Assembly: GCA_035510735.1 (NCBI GenBank) | Contig: DATKGN010000004.1 | Span: forward strand, 7,436-71,435 | Direction of reading: 5' to 3' | DNA from: Patescibacteria group bacterium | GTDB taxonomy: Bacteria; Patescibacteriota; Microgenomatia; UBA10105; UBA927 | DNA length: 64,000 nt | In this document: positions 1-10,516 of the stretch, piece after piece | How positions within the stretch are numbered: the first letter of the stretch is position 1 | Layout of the letters: each line of letters opens with the position of its first letter | Notes under the pieces: model-generated | The model's database searches: none | Seen by the model: the letters and a program-made list of their open reading frames with translations, nothing else | What the model was told of the DNA's origin: nothing | Made by a program: the position numbers and the translations under genes

Positions 1-209
1 TTATCCCCACGGTCATGCGTGAGATCTCCCGTGCGAACCACGCGGGCGACCCGCCCGGCATCCTGCTCTGAATATTGATAAGGTGTAGCGATAAGGGGAA
101 ACTCTCGGACCGGCGCACCGCCATTGATGGCCATCGTCGAAGAACCATGTCCTCGTAATTTCCTCCTGATGAGATGAGAGTACGAACCGATCATGTGGCG
201 TATATTCAT
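1..209 (-). CDS. DegT/DnrJ/EryC1/StrS-family aminotransferase, N-terminal part (runs off window edge)
   Basis: Frame absent from the ORF track. It reads MNIRHMIG...MAINGGAPVREFP... with no stop before base 1. 'AINGGxPVR' is a typical N-terminus of this family, and the gene lies in a sugar cluster. Confidence 0.6.
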   Translation of the reverse strand, partial: MNIRHMIGSYSHLIRRKLRGHGSSTMAINGGAPVREFPLIATPYQYSEQDAGRVARVVRTGDLTHDRGD

Positions 210-287
210 TATGCGCACTCATTCTCCAACAAACCCTGCAATTTGTACAGTGTGTTTCATCTCGAGGTTTCTATGTAAGTGAAATCA

Positions 288-878
288 TCAGGATAATTCA
301 TGGGAGAGCAACGTAATAAGAAGCATGCTGCACCGCCGGGCAAGTACAACATCATAGAGGAATGTTTTTTCTTTACTGTATGCAATATCGCTCTTCATCC
401 AGGCCTCAAAAGATTGTTTATGATATCCCTCAAGAATCCACGGAGAGATAATGCCCGGTTTTATAACATGTCGCTTCATTTGCCGGGGTGTTAATTTTTT
501 TGCCTCGTCTACTGGTAACGGGCGGGGGCCAATAAGCGCCATATCGCCACGGATGACATTTATAAGCTGTGGCAACTCATCCAAGCCCGTATGGGCTAAA
601 AACTTACCTATGCGCGTAAACCGCGGATCATTGTGTATTTTAAACACGGGACCATTGGCTTCATTGAGATGTTTCAAACGGGCCTGCTCACAATCAGCGC
701 CGACACGCATAGTCCGGAACTTATAAATGAGAAAGTGGATGTTATTTTTTCCAACCCGTATTTGACGGAACAGAATTGGTAGCCCGCTGTCAAAAATAAT
801 GAATAACGCAATGAGGCCCATAACCGGCAGTGCAATGAGAAATACTATGACAACAGCCAAACGATACAAAACCTGCAT
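288..878 (-). CDS. Initiating polyprenyl-phosphate sugar phosphotransferase (Bac_transf family)
   Basis: Motifs YKFRTM, DPRFTRIGKFL, LDELPQLINVIRGDMALIGPRP, KPGI. Start moved to ATG 878, which follows an AAGGAG SD. Confidence 0.9.
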   Translation of the reverse strand: MQVLYRLAVVIVFLIALPVMGLIALFIIFDSGLPILFRQIRVGKNNIHFLIYKFRTMRVGADCEQARLKHLNEANGPVFKIHNDPRFTRIGKFLAHTGLDELPQLINVIRGDMALIGPRPLPVDEAKKLTPRQMKRHVIKPGIISPWILEGYHKQSFEAWMKSDIAYSKEKTFLYDVVLARRCSMLLITLLSHELS

Positions 879-888
879 AGATGCTCCT

Positions 889-2100
889 TTAGTGGACTCT
901 TGATAATTCACGGATACAACCCGCAATATACGCAATGTCTTTCTTTGTGAGCGTTGTTGATGATGGAAGATAGAGACCGTCGCGGCACAGCTGTTCTGAG
1001 ACCGGATATCGAACATTTTTAAATAAATGCCAGTACGGCGGCTGCACGTGAAGCGGTATAAAAAATGGTCTCGTTTCGATACCACGTGCTGCAAGAAGTA
1101 TCCTAAGATGGTTTTTATCCATACCGAATCTTTTCTTATTAATTAAAATGCCGAACATCCAATAACTGTGTTGTGTCGCGGGCGCTTCATACGGAAGCGT
1201 GACTCCCTGAATATCCGAAAGCAGTTGAACATACAACCGGGCGTTGGTTCTTTTTATACTAAGGAGTTTTGTAAATCGCTCCACCTGGGCCGTACCCACG
1301 GCGGCCTGGAGGTTGGTCATCCGGTATCCAAATCCAATCATCGTATGCCAAAAGTGCATCTCTTGGGTAAACGCATTATTATGAAGAAGCCTGAGACGAT
1401 CTGCAATCTCCTCATTATTTGTTACAACCATGCCACCTTCGCCGGTCGTAATGATTTTGTTTGCATATAACGAAAACGCGCCCACATCACCGATTCCGCC
1501 AACGGGTTTCCCGTGATACGTGGCACCGTGGGCTTCAGCAGCATCCTCCACAACCCACAACTCGTGTTTACGAGCAATATGCATAATCGTATCCATATCG
1601 GCAGGAGCCCCATAGGTATGAACCGCAATAATAGCTTTTGTCCTATCGGTGATATGTTTTTCAATATCTGATGCATCCATGTTCCATGTCGTAAGGTCTG
1701 CATCAATAACAACCGGTGTCGCCCCGCAATATGCGACCGCATTTATCGTTGCAATCATAGTGAATGTCGGAAGAATAACTTCATCACCCGGTCCAACACC
1801 CAAAGCAGCTAATGCCACATGGAGCGCGGACGTCCCACTGTTCACACTTATCGCAAATTTTGTTTTTGAAACTATTTGGGCAAATAGTTTTTCAAAACGT
1901 TTGACATAGTCGCCGGTGGACGAAATCCAGGAGGAAGAAATTGCATGCGTTACATACCGTATTTCCCGTGCCGATATATTCGGTTCTGAAACAGGAATAC
2001 GTCTCCGGCCGGCAAGCCGCGGCTCCCGTGTCGGGAAAAACGGTTTCATTGCATCAAGTTCCGAAGGCAATGTCTGATAAATCGGTGCTACTGTTTTCAT
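889..2100 (-). CDS. PLP-dependent sugar aminotransferase (DegT/DnrJ, perosamine-synthase-like)
   Basis: NSGTSALH, VEDAAEAHG, FSLYANKIITTGEGG (PLP lysine), LYLPS. Confidence 0.92.
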   Translation of the reverse strand: MKTVAPIYQTLPSELDAMKPFFPTREPRLAGRRRIPVSEPNISAREIRYVTHAISSSWISSTGDYVKRFEKLFAQIVSKTKFAISVNSGTSALHVALAALGVGPGDEVILPTFTMIATINAVAYCGATPVVIDADLTTWNMDASDIEKHITDRTKAIIAVHTYGAPADMDTIMHIARKHELWVVEDAAEAHGATYHGKPVGGIGDVGAFSLYANKIITTGEGGMVVTNNEEIADRLRLLHNNAFTQEMHFWHTMIGFGYRMTNLQAAVGTAQVERFTKLLSIKRTNARLYVQLLSDIQGVTLPYEAPATQHSYWMFGILINKKRFGMDKNHLRILLAARGIETRPFFIPLHVQPPYWHLFKNVRYPVSEQLCRDGLYLPSSTTLTKKDIAYIAGCIRELSRVH

Positions 2101-2102
2101 AT

Positions 2103-2804
2103 CTATCGCGTCAAATCCCGGGCGGTTTGCATGTACGCCACGACCATTGTAAAAAACTTTGACTTACTTTGTCCATAACGGCGCGACGGATAATACGCCG
2201 GTACCTCTTTAATCCGAAGTCCATACTGAAACGCGCGGTACACGAGTCTCAAATGATACTCCCCGTATCCTTTATAAATCGTGCGCGGATCAATGAGCCC
2301 GAGCGATGACCGTCTGATCGCATAATACCCGCTCGTATTATCCCAGATCGGAAATCCAAAACCATAATGGAGAACGAGGTTAAACACATAACTGGTCACA
2401 TATCTCCACGCGTCCCTCATGCCGCCTCCGTGAATAAAACGGGATGCAACGACAAGATCCGCATCAGACAATTTTTTTATCATAGACGCAAGCAACCGCG
2501 GATCATGATTAAAATCTGCATCCATTCCGATAATGATGGACCCTCGTGCGTATTTTAATCCGGTAAGGATGGACGCCCCTAATCCGGGGCTTGAATGACG
2601 GACTATGCACTGAACATGAGCCGTATTTCGATATGTTTGTTTTACTAAATCGCCGGTACGGTCAGGACTATTATCATCAACAACGATTATTTCAAATGTT
2701 TTATGAATCGTACGCAATTCGCCCATTATCGCAGTAATAAGCGGAATCATATTCTCCTTTTCGTTGTATGTCGGAACTATGACGGAAATATCGACTGTCT
2801 TCAT
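2103..2804 (-). CDS. GT2 polyprenol-phosphate glycosyltransferase (Dpm1-like)
   Basis: VIVPTYNEKEN, VVDDNSPDRT, MDADFNHDP, RRYGQSK. Confidence 0.88.
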   Translation of the reverse strand: MKTVDISVIVPTYNEKENMIPLITAIMGELRTIHKTFEIIVVDDNSPDRTGDLVKQTYRNTAHVQCIVRHSSPGLGASILTGLKYARGSIIIGMDADFNHDPRLLASMIKKLSDADLVVASRFIHGGGMRDAWRYVTSYVFNLVLHYGFGFPIWDNTSGYYAIRRSSLGLIDPRTIYKGYGEYHLRLVYRAFQYGLRIKEVPAYYPSRRYGQSKSKFFTMVVAYMQTARDLTR

Positions 2805-2812
2805 AGATTTTG

Positions 2813-4408
2813 TTAGTTTGCTGATATTTTTTGAAATGTCATAAGCACTGCATAACCGAAATTAACCGGTTTGTTGATTTTTCCGTACAGCGGGTTGTGC
2901 TTTAAAAAATACGACATACAATTCCCCTCGGCTGCATCAACCGTCGGATACCAAACGCATATCAGATAAACATACGGAGTGTTGGGTCGGTCAAGAACCT
3001 TGCGGTCTATGTCATTTCCGGGCGAAACTAACGGCATCGTATAGTGTGCATAATCCCGTAAATAATACAAAAACGGATAAAGAATGTAATTCGTATAGAT
3101 GTTAGGATACCGATACGCAAGCACCGTCATGTCACCCGTTGAAATGTTAGCGCGGGCCGACTCGCGGGCAATCGTAAACGCTACGGACGACGCAAGCGCC
3201 ACGTCGCGGCGCGGATACCGTATAAGATCCGACTGAATAGACCAGATATTCGTAATGAGATAGACAATCATGACACAAATAGCGCTCGCCACAATAACCG
3301 GCTGCTTTGAAGCAAATGCCAACCGCAGCGCGAGTGTTAACAGAAGAAAAAAGAACGGCAGAAAAACATTTAACCCATATACTTCAAGATCATGCCGGAA
3401 GAACAGGAGAAGTAATGATCCGAAAACAAGAGGCCATAACGGAACAAAATCAGTGACGGCACGGTAGTAGCGATCACTCTTTGACCGGAGATAGTTACCT
3501 AACCCGATAGGAAGGAGAACCCAAAGAGCGAATGCGCCTTCAAATATAAGTATGACACCCGCTCGTATATGAAAATCATCCCGATATAAACCGAATATGT
3601 TATCGATAAATGCCCTCCCATACCGGATGATGAGACGAACCGTTGCGATAAAACCCGCCGGAGGACCAAACGACTGCGAAACCAAAGCGCCATATGTTGG
3701 AAATCCGTGTTTTACCTCATATACCATAAAGGGGGCAAAGAACGGAAAAGCACATATTGTAAGACAAAATAATACGATGCCAAACGAAACAAGGTAATTA
3801 GTTTTCATCATGTTACGTATAAACCGAACGCCCATCACTATGTAGTAGGGAAGTAACAGTATCGGGGAAACATAAATCGATAACGCAACAGCATAGCAAG
3901 CGACCGACAACAGGTAGAATACAAAAGAGCGTCGCCGGAACGCGTTAAGAAGAAGAAGCAAAGAAATTGAAAGAAACAGCGTAAGCGTATGGGGCGCCCA
4001 GATCTGTCTGCTTTCAACAGTCATGACATATGATGTCGCAAATAAGAACGCCATGATGATTCCTGCGATATCATCCATTAACAACGCGGCAACCGACACC
4101 ATACACCCCATCACGGCAACATTCATGAATGCAAACGCAAATGTGATTGCTTCTGGTGTTCGGAGAACTGAGTAAAATCCCGCAAGAATGTAATAATACG
4201 TCGGGGGCGTTTGGAAATTACTCACCGACAAAAACGGGCCAACTGGCGGCCGCCAATTATTTTCAATAATACCACGCGCGATATACAGATCACCTGCCTG
4301 ATCGCCACGAAACGCTACCGTATCGTAAAATGAATAAAATCTTGCGTACAGCGCAATGCCAACAGCGACCGAAAACCCAATGATAATTATTACCTTTCGA
4401 ACATTCAT
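2813..4408 (-). CDS. GT-C fold multi-pass glycosyltransferase (ArnT/PMT-like)
   Basis: Many TM helices and the loop FRGDQAGD...VGP...PPTYYY. Paralogous to 7925-9499. Start moved to ATG 4408. Confidence 0.7.
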   Translation of the reverse strand: MNVRKVIIIIGFSVAVGIALYARFYSFYDTVAFRGDQAGDLYIARGIIENNWRPPVGPFLSVSNFQTPPTYYYILAGFYSVLRTPEAITFAFAFMNVAVMGCMVSVAALLMDDIAGIIMAFLFATSYVMTVESRQIWAPHTLTLFLSISLLLLLNAFRRRSFVFYLLSVACYAVALSIYVSPILLLPYYIVMGVRFIRNMMKTNYLVSFGIVLFCLTICAFPFFAPFMVYEVKHGFPTYGALVSQSFGPPAGFIATVRLIIRYGRAFIDNIFGLYRDDFHIRAGVILIFEGAFALWVLLPIGLGNYLRSKSDRYYRAVTDFVPLWPLVFGSLLLLFFRHDLEVYGLNVFLPFFFLLLTLALRLAFASKQPVIVASAICVMIVYLITNIWSIQSDLIRYPRRDVALASSVAFTIARESARANISTGDMTVLAYRYPNIYTNYILYPFLYYLRDYAHYTMPLVSPGNDIDRKVLDRPNTPYVYLICVWYPTVDAAEGNCMSYFLKHNPLYGKINKPVNFGYAVLMTFQKISAN

Positions 4409-4442
4409 ACGGGCCAATCTAACATATCGTATAATACGCTCT

Positions 4443-5210
4443 ATGAATACTGACGTACAACAGTATCTCGATCTCTTATGGGGCATGACGGAAAAAGAAC
4501 TGCGTGTCCGGTATAAATATACATTTTTTGGCTTTTTATGGATCGTCGTAAACCCGCTTCTCCAAATGTTCTTAATCGGATTTCTCCTGAGTTTATTTAT
4601 AAAACAATCGTCTGAACAGTATTATTTTCATCTATACACGAGCCTTCTTGTGTGGAATTTTTTTTCTCTTTCGTTGGTTAAAGCCACTCCGAGTATCGTC
4701 GCTGAACGATTTCTGATAAAAAAATCGATGTTTCCCCGATCTGTTATTCCTCTGTCTATTGTATTATCAAACGTCATCCATCTATTGCTGGGTATGGGGT
4801 TATTCGGCATTGTCATGATGATACTTAAAATGATGCCGGGTGGATCACTGCTGTATATACTATTCGGTCTTTGTTTATTGATAATCTTTACCTGTGGGTT
4901 TTGTCTTCTCACGTCCGCGTTGAATGTCCGCTTCCGCGATATTAAATTTATTATCGAAGCTTTGTTAGTATTATGGTTTTATGCAACTCCCGTTATCTAT
5001 ACGTTTTCCCTCATTCCGCAAAAATACATATGGATATGGCGTTTAAATCCTATGACCTCCATTATGCAGTTATTTCAATATGGTTTTATTAATGCTCCTC
5101 CTCCGGGCCCGGCAATGCTAAGCATTAATCTGATTATTATTGTCATTGTCGCATTTGCTGGTATTCGCGTATTTCGATCTGAAAGTAGTAATTTTGACGA
5201 CTGGGTTTAA
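4443..5210 (+). CDS. wzm: Polysaccharide ABC exporter permease
   Basis: RYKYTFFGFLW..NPL, RDIKFI, WFYATPVIY, LNPMT. Adjacent to wzt. Start moved to ATG 4443. Confidence 0.9.
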   Translation: MNTDVQQYLDLLWGMTEKELRVRYKYTFFGFLWIVVNPLLQMFLIGFLLSLFIKQSSEQYYFHLYTSLLVWNFFSLSLVKATPSIVAERFLIKKSMFPRSVIPLSIVLSNVIHLLLGMGLFGIVMMILKMMPGGSLLYILFGLCLLIIFTCGFCLLTSALNVRFRDIKFIIEALLVLWFYATPVIYTFSLIPQKYIWIWRLNPMTSIMQLFQYGFINAPPPGPAMLSINLIIIVIVAFAGIRVFRSESSNFDDWV

Positions 5211-5225
5211 CCCAAACTAATACTT

Positions 5226-5927
5226 ATGAATAGCGCAATCAAGCTCACACATATTTCAAAAGAATATATTCTTCATCATGAAAAACCGACGTTGGTAGAA
5301 AAATTTGTCTCCGGAAAAGAAGAAAAGTTTGTCGCTCTTAGCCACATTAATCTTACGATATTCAAAGGCCAAAGGGTCGGCATAGTGGGCGCAAACGGAT
5401 CCGGAAAAACAACGTTACTTAAAATTATAACGGGAATAACAAGGCCTTCTTCTGGAGTTCGCAAAGCATATGGAAGATTAATTTCGTTAATAGACCTCGA
5501 TGCTGGATTTCAGGAGGATCTTACCGGCGAACAAAATATTTATCTCAACGGCATGTTGCTCGGTATGAAAAAACAAGAAATAAACCGCCATATTGAATCT
5601 ATTATTGCATATGCCGATATTAAACAGTTTATTGATGCACCGCTGTACACCTATTCTCAAGGGATGAAACTTCGGCTCGGAGTCTCTATAGCTATCAACA
5701 CAGATCCTGATATTCTCATTTTCGATGAAGGATTGGGAGTGGGGGATAAACAATTTAATAAACGGCTCCGACACACGCTTAAAACCTCTTTTCGGGACAA
5801 AACCATCATTATTGCAACGCACGATTTAGAACTCATCAAATATCAATGCAACAGGATTCTTATTATGGAACACGGAAAAATACTTCATGATGGCGGACCC
5901 CGTACGCTAAAATTATATGCCGCATAA
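5226..5927 (+). CDS. wzt: Polysaccharide ABC exporter ATPase (short, no C-terminal carbohydrate-binding domain)
   Basis: Walker A GANGSGKT, signature YSQGMKLRL, Walker B ILIFDE...VGD. Confidence 0.92.
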   Translation: MNSAIKLTHISKEYILHHEKPTLVEKFVSGKEEKFVALSHINLTIFKGQRVGIVGANGSGKTTLLKIITGITRPSSGVRKAYGRLISLIDLDAGFQEDLTGEQNIYLNGMLLGMKKQEINRHIESIIAYADIKQFIDAPLYTYSQGMKLRLGVSIAINTDPDILIFDEGLGVGDKQFNKRLRHTLKTSFRDKTIIIATHDLELIKYQCNRILIMEHGKILHDGGPRTLKLYAA

Positions 5928-7017
5928 AATTGATAATACGCACATGCCGATGATTGTCTATATAGTCCCCGGCTACCCCCCATGGAGCGCCGCTTCGGTG
6001 AATACACAGCGACGGAAACGCCTTATGGAAAAACTTGGGTATTATGTCCTATATATACAACATGAAGACCTCCGGTATGTTCATAATGTGATATCGATAG
6101 TAAAACGTCGAAAGAACATAAAGGCCATTATCATCCGGGCAGACGGCGGATGCGACGTTGACAAATACACGCTTCTAAAATTGTTGTTACCGAATATCCC
6201 GCTTATATGGGAAATACACGGATTTGCAGAAGAACAACTGACCGTTGAAAAAAATCTTTATGGAAAATGGTTCGTTTTAAAAAATAATACAAAACGCAGG
6301 ATTCTCTCCCGCCTCGTTGACTGTTGTATGTTTGTCTCCGAGGAACTCCGTGCGTTTGCCCGAGAAAAAATTACTGTTCGTCGATCTGTAATTATTCCCA
6401 ACTTTCTTGCAGACGAACACGCAGGCAACGCCAAACAATACTCTAACGCAATCATAGATGAATTACTACAAAACTATTTTGTTGTATTGTGGGGCGGTGA
6501 CGCCCGCATGCCATGGCAGGCTGTTGATACAATCTATTCGGTAGCAACGCGGATACATGAATTTGATAGGCGTATCGCGTTTATTGTGGTTGGCTCAAAT
6601 AGTTGGTCCTCTTATGGTCATATTCCAAATATGTTATGTATTAATCCGATGCCTCATGCCGATTTTATGCATCTTGTATCCAAAGCCGATGTATGTCTTG
6701 GCATCTATCATGAATCCGTTTATTTCCCGTTTTATTTTTATCCGATGAAAATTCTTGATTACATGTCAGTCGGCAAACCGGTAATTGCAACGCACCTGCG
6801 TCCAATTACCAGGTTAATTACTGATGGTGTCAATGGATTTCTTACCACAAACACGGTTAGCGATATAACAAAAAAAATTCTACTCATTAAACAAAACCGC
6901 CCTTTATCACGACGGCTTGCTCATGAAGCAAAAAAAACCGTCCAAAATAACTATTCAGAGCGTAATGCGAAACGCCAATATACACAATTATTCCTTTCTG
7001 TTAACGCGGGGATATAA
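5917..7017 (+). CDS. GT4 glycosyltransferase
   Basis: WEIHG, and C-terminal PMKILDYMSVGKPVIAT...DGVNGFL. Confidence 0.82.
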   Translation: MPHKIDNTHMPMIVYIVPGYPPWSAASVNTQRRKRLMEKLGYYVLYIQHEDLRYVHNVISIVKRRKNIKAIIIRADGGCDVDKYTLLKLLLPNIPLIWEIHGFAEEQLTVEKNLYGKWFVLKNNTKRRILSRLVDCCMFVSEELRAFAREKITVRRSVIIPNFLADEHAGNAKQYSNAIIDELLQNYFVVLWGGDARMPWQAVDTIYSVATRIHEFDRRIAFIVVGSNSWSSYGHIPNMLCINPMPHADFMHLVSKADVCLGIYHESVYFPFYFYPMKILDYMSVGKPVIATHLRPITRLITDGVNGFLTTNTVSDITKKILLIKQNRPLSRRLAHEAKKTVQNNYSERNAKRQYTQLFLSVNAGI

Positions 7018-7029
7018 TCGCCGATCCCG

Positions 7030-7803
7030 TTATTTATGGGAAACAATAATTATGCGAGGAGACCGCTTAGACCACGGCCTCCGGTCATAATCACCGTATT
7101 CGTCATCGATAATAAACCCATATTGATGCAATAGAAATTCAAGCTCACTCTTTGCATACATATATTCAATCCGTTGCGAAATCAACCGCCTATTTTCTCC
7201 ATTGTTGGTTGCTATATCCCAGATAAATAGCTGATGATGCAACCGCGTTTTGGCGATTTTTTGGGAATATACCTGCCTCAAAATCGTTAGCTTCTCTTTG
7301 GGAAATTGTTTATGCTCATAGACCCCAAAATGACGCTCATCATTCTTTATGTTTGTATTATTGTAAACGTCAAGAATAAAATGCCCCCCTGGTAGCAAGC
7401 TCGATCTGACTGACCGCATGAGAGACGACTGCTCTTGTCTTGTCGCGGCCGGAAAACCCCACGGGCAAAATACTGCGTTAAAGCGGGTTTTCGGAATTGT
7501 AAATTTCGTCGCGTCACCGAACTGTAAAGTAATATTTTCTCTAATTGCGGGTTTCGCCGTTTTGCATTTCCTTTTTGCTTCTTGAAGCATCGCCCGGGAA
7601 ATATCTAGCCCCGTGATCTGAATTCCTGCTCCTGCAATCGGCAGAGTCAGTCGCCCCGTTCCGCAAGCTAACTCAAGCACAGGGGAGCCGAATCTGTTTG
7701 CCGTTGATACCCAAAAAGCAATATCTTCCGTTCTGTCTCTAAAATATAAGTCATAATACGGCGCAATATTTTGCCATTCGATGAGATTAGTATATGCTTT
7801 CAT
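7030..7803 (-). CDS. Class I SAM-dependent methyltransferase
   Basis: APYYD, VLELACGTGR, GLDIS..ML, LLPGGHFILD. Confidence 0.88.
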   Translation of the reverse strand: MKAYTNLIEWQNIAPYYDLYFRDRTEDIAFWVSTANRFGSPVLELACGTGRLTLPIAGAGIQITGLDISRAMLQEAKRKCKTAKPAIRENITLQFGDATKFTIPKTRFNAVFCPWGFPAATRQEQSSLMRSVRSSLLPGGHFILDVYNNTNIKNDERHFGVYEHKQFPKEKLTILRQVYSQKIAKTRLHHQLFIWDIATNNGENRRLISQRIEYMYAKSELEFLLHQYGFIIDDEYGDYDRRPWSKRSPRIIIVSHK

Positions 7804-7924
7804 GGAATATCTATTTTAAATCAAAAAGCGTGCGTATTCACAATTATTACGCGTATGGTATTTGCCTTTCCATATCAAACTGTTAATTGTACTATGTAAC
7901 ATGGTTCGCTCTCACTGATTATTT

Positions 7925-9499
7925 ATGAAATTCTTATCGAATAAATATTTCAAAATTTTAGCAGTAATAAGTATACTCCTCGTGAGCGGTTTCCTTCGCC
8001 TGTATCGCATCACCGATCTTACAATATGGGAAGGGGATCAGGGCAGCGATTTCCTCGTAGCCCAACAGATTCTCCACGGACAATCGCAAACGCTTGTCGG
8101 ACCGCCGTTAAACGTCACAAATTTTTACACGCCTCCCACGTATTATTATTTACTGGCTCTATTTCTCGGGATAGTCAAAACACCGCTTTATGTTGCAATT
8201 CTATTCGCCGGACTTAACATTATCGCCGGAATTTTCATATTTTTATTAATCGGACGGTTATTTGATTTCGTGACAGGGGTCTTTTCATTGGTGTTATTTT
8301 CACTCTCCTCTGTCATGATCATGAACGCCCAGTCGGTATATCAACCGCACCCCGTTATTTTTTTTATAACTGCCTCATGGTATCTTCTTTGGGAAGCTTG
8401 GCGCAAAAAAAATTTGGCTCTTTTAACTATTTCAAATGCCATATTTATCATAGGCGCATCTATCTATCCGGCACCGTGGTTACTCGCACCGTATTTCTTC
8501 GTAAAAAATGTGCAACTGATCAGACGCTCTGCATCGCGCACAAAAAATTCATATACCATCATTGTTTCCGTAATGTTCATTGGGCTCATCGTCTACTTTC
8601 CTCAGATTATTTTTGAGGTTTCCCATGGATATCCCATGACAAAAACTATACTCCATTCTGCTCTCGGCATTCCGTTCGATCTCACATTTATATCAGATTA
8701 TATAATCTATTTTGAACAAATTATCCTTCAGTTTTTTAATTTGGACAACATTATTACACCACATCAGATTCCGTTTGTATCATCTGCACTGATATCACTT
8801 TTTATTCTCACGATCATACTATCCAGGCGGACGGTAAAAACATTACGATTAAACATACGGCATGCATATCAAACAGTGTGGACATTCATGAACCCGCTAT
8901 GGCTGTGTGTCTGTTTTATACCGGTTGTATTTTTTTGGGAAAATGCTTTCCACAGATTGAATGTCTATTACCCATTATTGCTGATCATGTTTGTCGTATG
9001 CGCCAAAATAGCTTACGTCGGCCACTCATGGTTGCTAAAATATATTGTCATACTACTATTCTGTGTTTATTGTTTTGGGGCATTAGCATCGTATCACACC
9101 ACTCTCGCGAACCATACAATCAGCGAGTATAAAGAAACGGAAACAATCGCCGATTTTATACTACAAGACTCTAGGAAACGGAAATTATCTAACTCTTTTG
9201 GAGTATTTTATTACACTCCGTATGGATACGGTAATTATAATGCGCCTGCAGTATTTTATTTCTTACAGCAGGAGTCGTCCTATCATCCGCAATTTTTATC
9301 TCCATATTGGACAGACAAGTCAACGGTAAATAGCGCAACAACGGACGCAGCATATTTAATTTGCCGGTACTATGAGACTATTGAGGATATTATGTCCCGG
9401 TGCCGGAACATGTTTCTTTTGTGGAACCCACTGTATCACGTTGCCGAGGAAAAAATATTTCCCCTGGAACAACTCTTTATATTGACAAAAACCCCGTAA
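7925..9499 (+). CDS. GT-C fold multi-pass glycosyltransferase (ArnT/PMT-like)
   Basis: LRLYRI...GDQGSD...VGPP...PPTYYY and many TM helices. Paralog of 2813-4408. Confidence 0.7.
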   Translation: MKFLSNKYFKILAVISILLVSGFLRLYRITDLTIWEGDQGSDFLVAQQILHGQSQTLVGPPLNVTNFYTPPTYYYLLALFLGIVKTPLYVAILFAGLNIIAGIFIFLLIGRLFDFVTGVFSLVLFSLSSVMIMNAQSVYQPHPVIFFITASWYLLWEAWRKKNLALLTISNAIFIIGASIYPAPWLLAPYFFVKNVQLIRRSASRTKNSYTIIVSVMFIGLIVYFPQIIFEVSHGYPMTKTILHSALGIPFDLTFISDYIIYFEQIILQFFNLDNIITPHQIPFVSSALISLFILTIILSRRTVKTLRLNIRHAYQTVWTFMNPLWLCVCFIPVVFFWENAFHRLNVYYPLLLIMFVVCAKIAYVGHSWLLKYIVILLFCVYCFGALASYHTTLANHTISEYKETETIADFILQDSRKRKLSNSFGVFYYTPYGYGNYNAPAVFYFLQQESSYHPQFLSPYWTDKSTVNSATTDAAYLICRYYETIEDIMSRCRNMFLLWNPLYHVAEEKIFPLEQLFILTKTP

Positions 9500-9679
9500 A
9501 TTAATTACTGCTGTTAAATGAGTAAACAAACCCAGAAAGAAGAGCTTACTTTGAACTTTTTATCTCCGCATATGATATCCTGAGAATCTGCCTCATATAA
9601 TAACCGCCTGCAATCATATTTGTACTAACCGGCTGTCGGATTTATCATTGCATTACATTTATTATGCTTCGTTCGTATC

Positions 9680-10516
9680 ATGAAAATATATAAACCCATA
9701 TTTATTCTGGGCTCTGCCCGATCAGGAACGTCCATTCTATATGAACTCTTGTCCTCACACCCGGACCTCTGTTGGTTTTCAAATATAACCAATCTACACC
9801 CGGAGCATCCCGAACTTGCAGCGCTTAACCGTCTCACTAATATACCGATTATGAAATCTTTCATATATCCTTCAGAAGGGGAACGTGTGTATATGTATTG
9901 TGGTTTTCAAGATGACAGGAGAACAGCATTTGATACCCTAAACCAAACAACGTCAGCTACATTTAAAAATGTAATACAAAACCACCTCGCGGCGTCAGGA
10001 AAACCCCGATTCATTAATAAGCGGACCGCCAACACCCAGCGCCTTGACTGCCTTATTCATATGTTTCATGACGCGTACTTTATCCACATCATCCGTGATG
10101 GGAGAGCCGTAGTCAATTCATTACTACGCGTCAATTGGTGGAGCAACACGCCGTTGTGGTGGAGGTCAAATCTGACGCCTTCGCACTGGCAACGTAACGG
10201 CAATGCTCCTGAAAAATTATGTGCTCTTCACTGGAAACACAATGTAGAGGAAATCCGACGTTTTAAATCACGACTATCCAATCGGTATATTGAAATTCGG
10301 TACGAAAATTTTGTAAATGACCCTAGAGGAACAATACGCAGCTTGATTAATTATTGCCAATTAAATCCATCGATTAATTATATTTCATCACTTCCAGAGG
10401 CACTGCTTAATATGAACAATAAGTGGAAAGAAAATTTATCATCAAAACAGAAAAAAATAATTTCCGAAACGGTCGGCGACTATCTACAAAAACTCAACTA
10501 CCGTTATCTGCAATGA
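9680..10516 (+). CDS. PAPS-dependent sulfotransferase
   Basis: 5'-PSB loop GSARSGTSIL...HP, 3'-PB motif IIRDGRAVVNS, IRYENFV..P. Confidence 0.88.
   Translation: MKIYKPIFILGSARSGTSILYELLSSHPDLCWFSNITNLHPEHPELAALNRLTNIPIMKSFIYPSEGERVYMYCGFQDDRRTAFDTLNQTTSATFKNVIQNHLAASGKPRFINKRTANTQRLDCLIHMFHDAYFIHIIRDGRAVVNSLLRVNWWSNTPLWWRSNLTPSHWQRNGNAPEKLCALHWKHNVEEIRRFKSRLSNRYIEIRYENFVNDPRGTIRSLINYCQLNPSINYISSLPEALLNMNNKWKENLSSKQKKIISETVGDYLQKLNYRYLQ

Noticed and set aside
13-222. 69-aa ORF in the track
   Set aside because: An overlapping frame on the same strand (start 209) gives a recognisable aminotransferase N-terminus.
4356-4486. Apparent head-to-head overlap of wzm and the GT-C gene
   Set aside because: Caused by over-extended starts. 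ATGs at 4408 and 4443, each with its own -10 box, remove the overlap.
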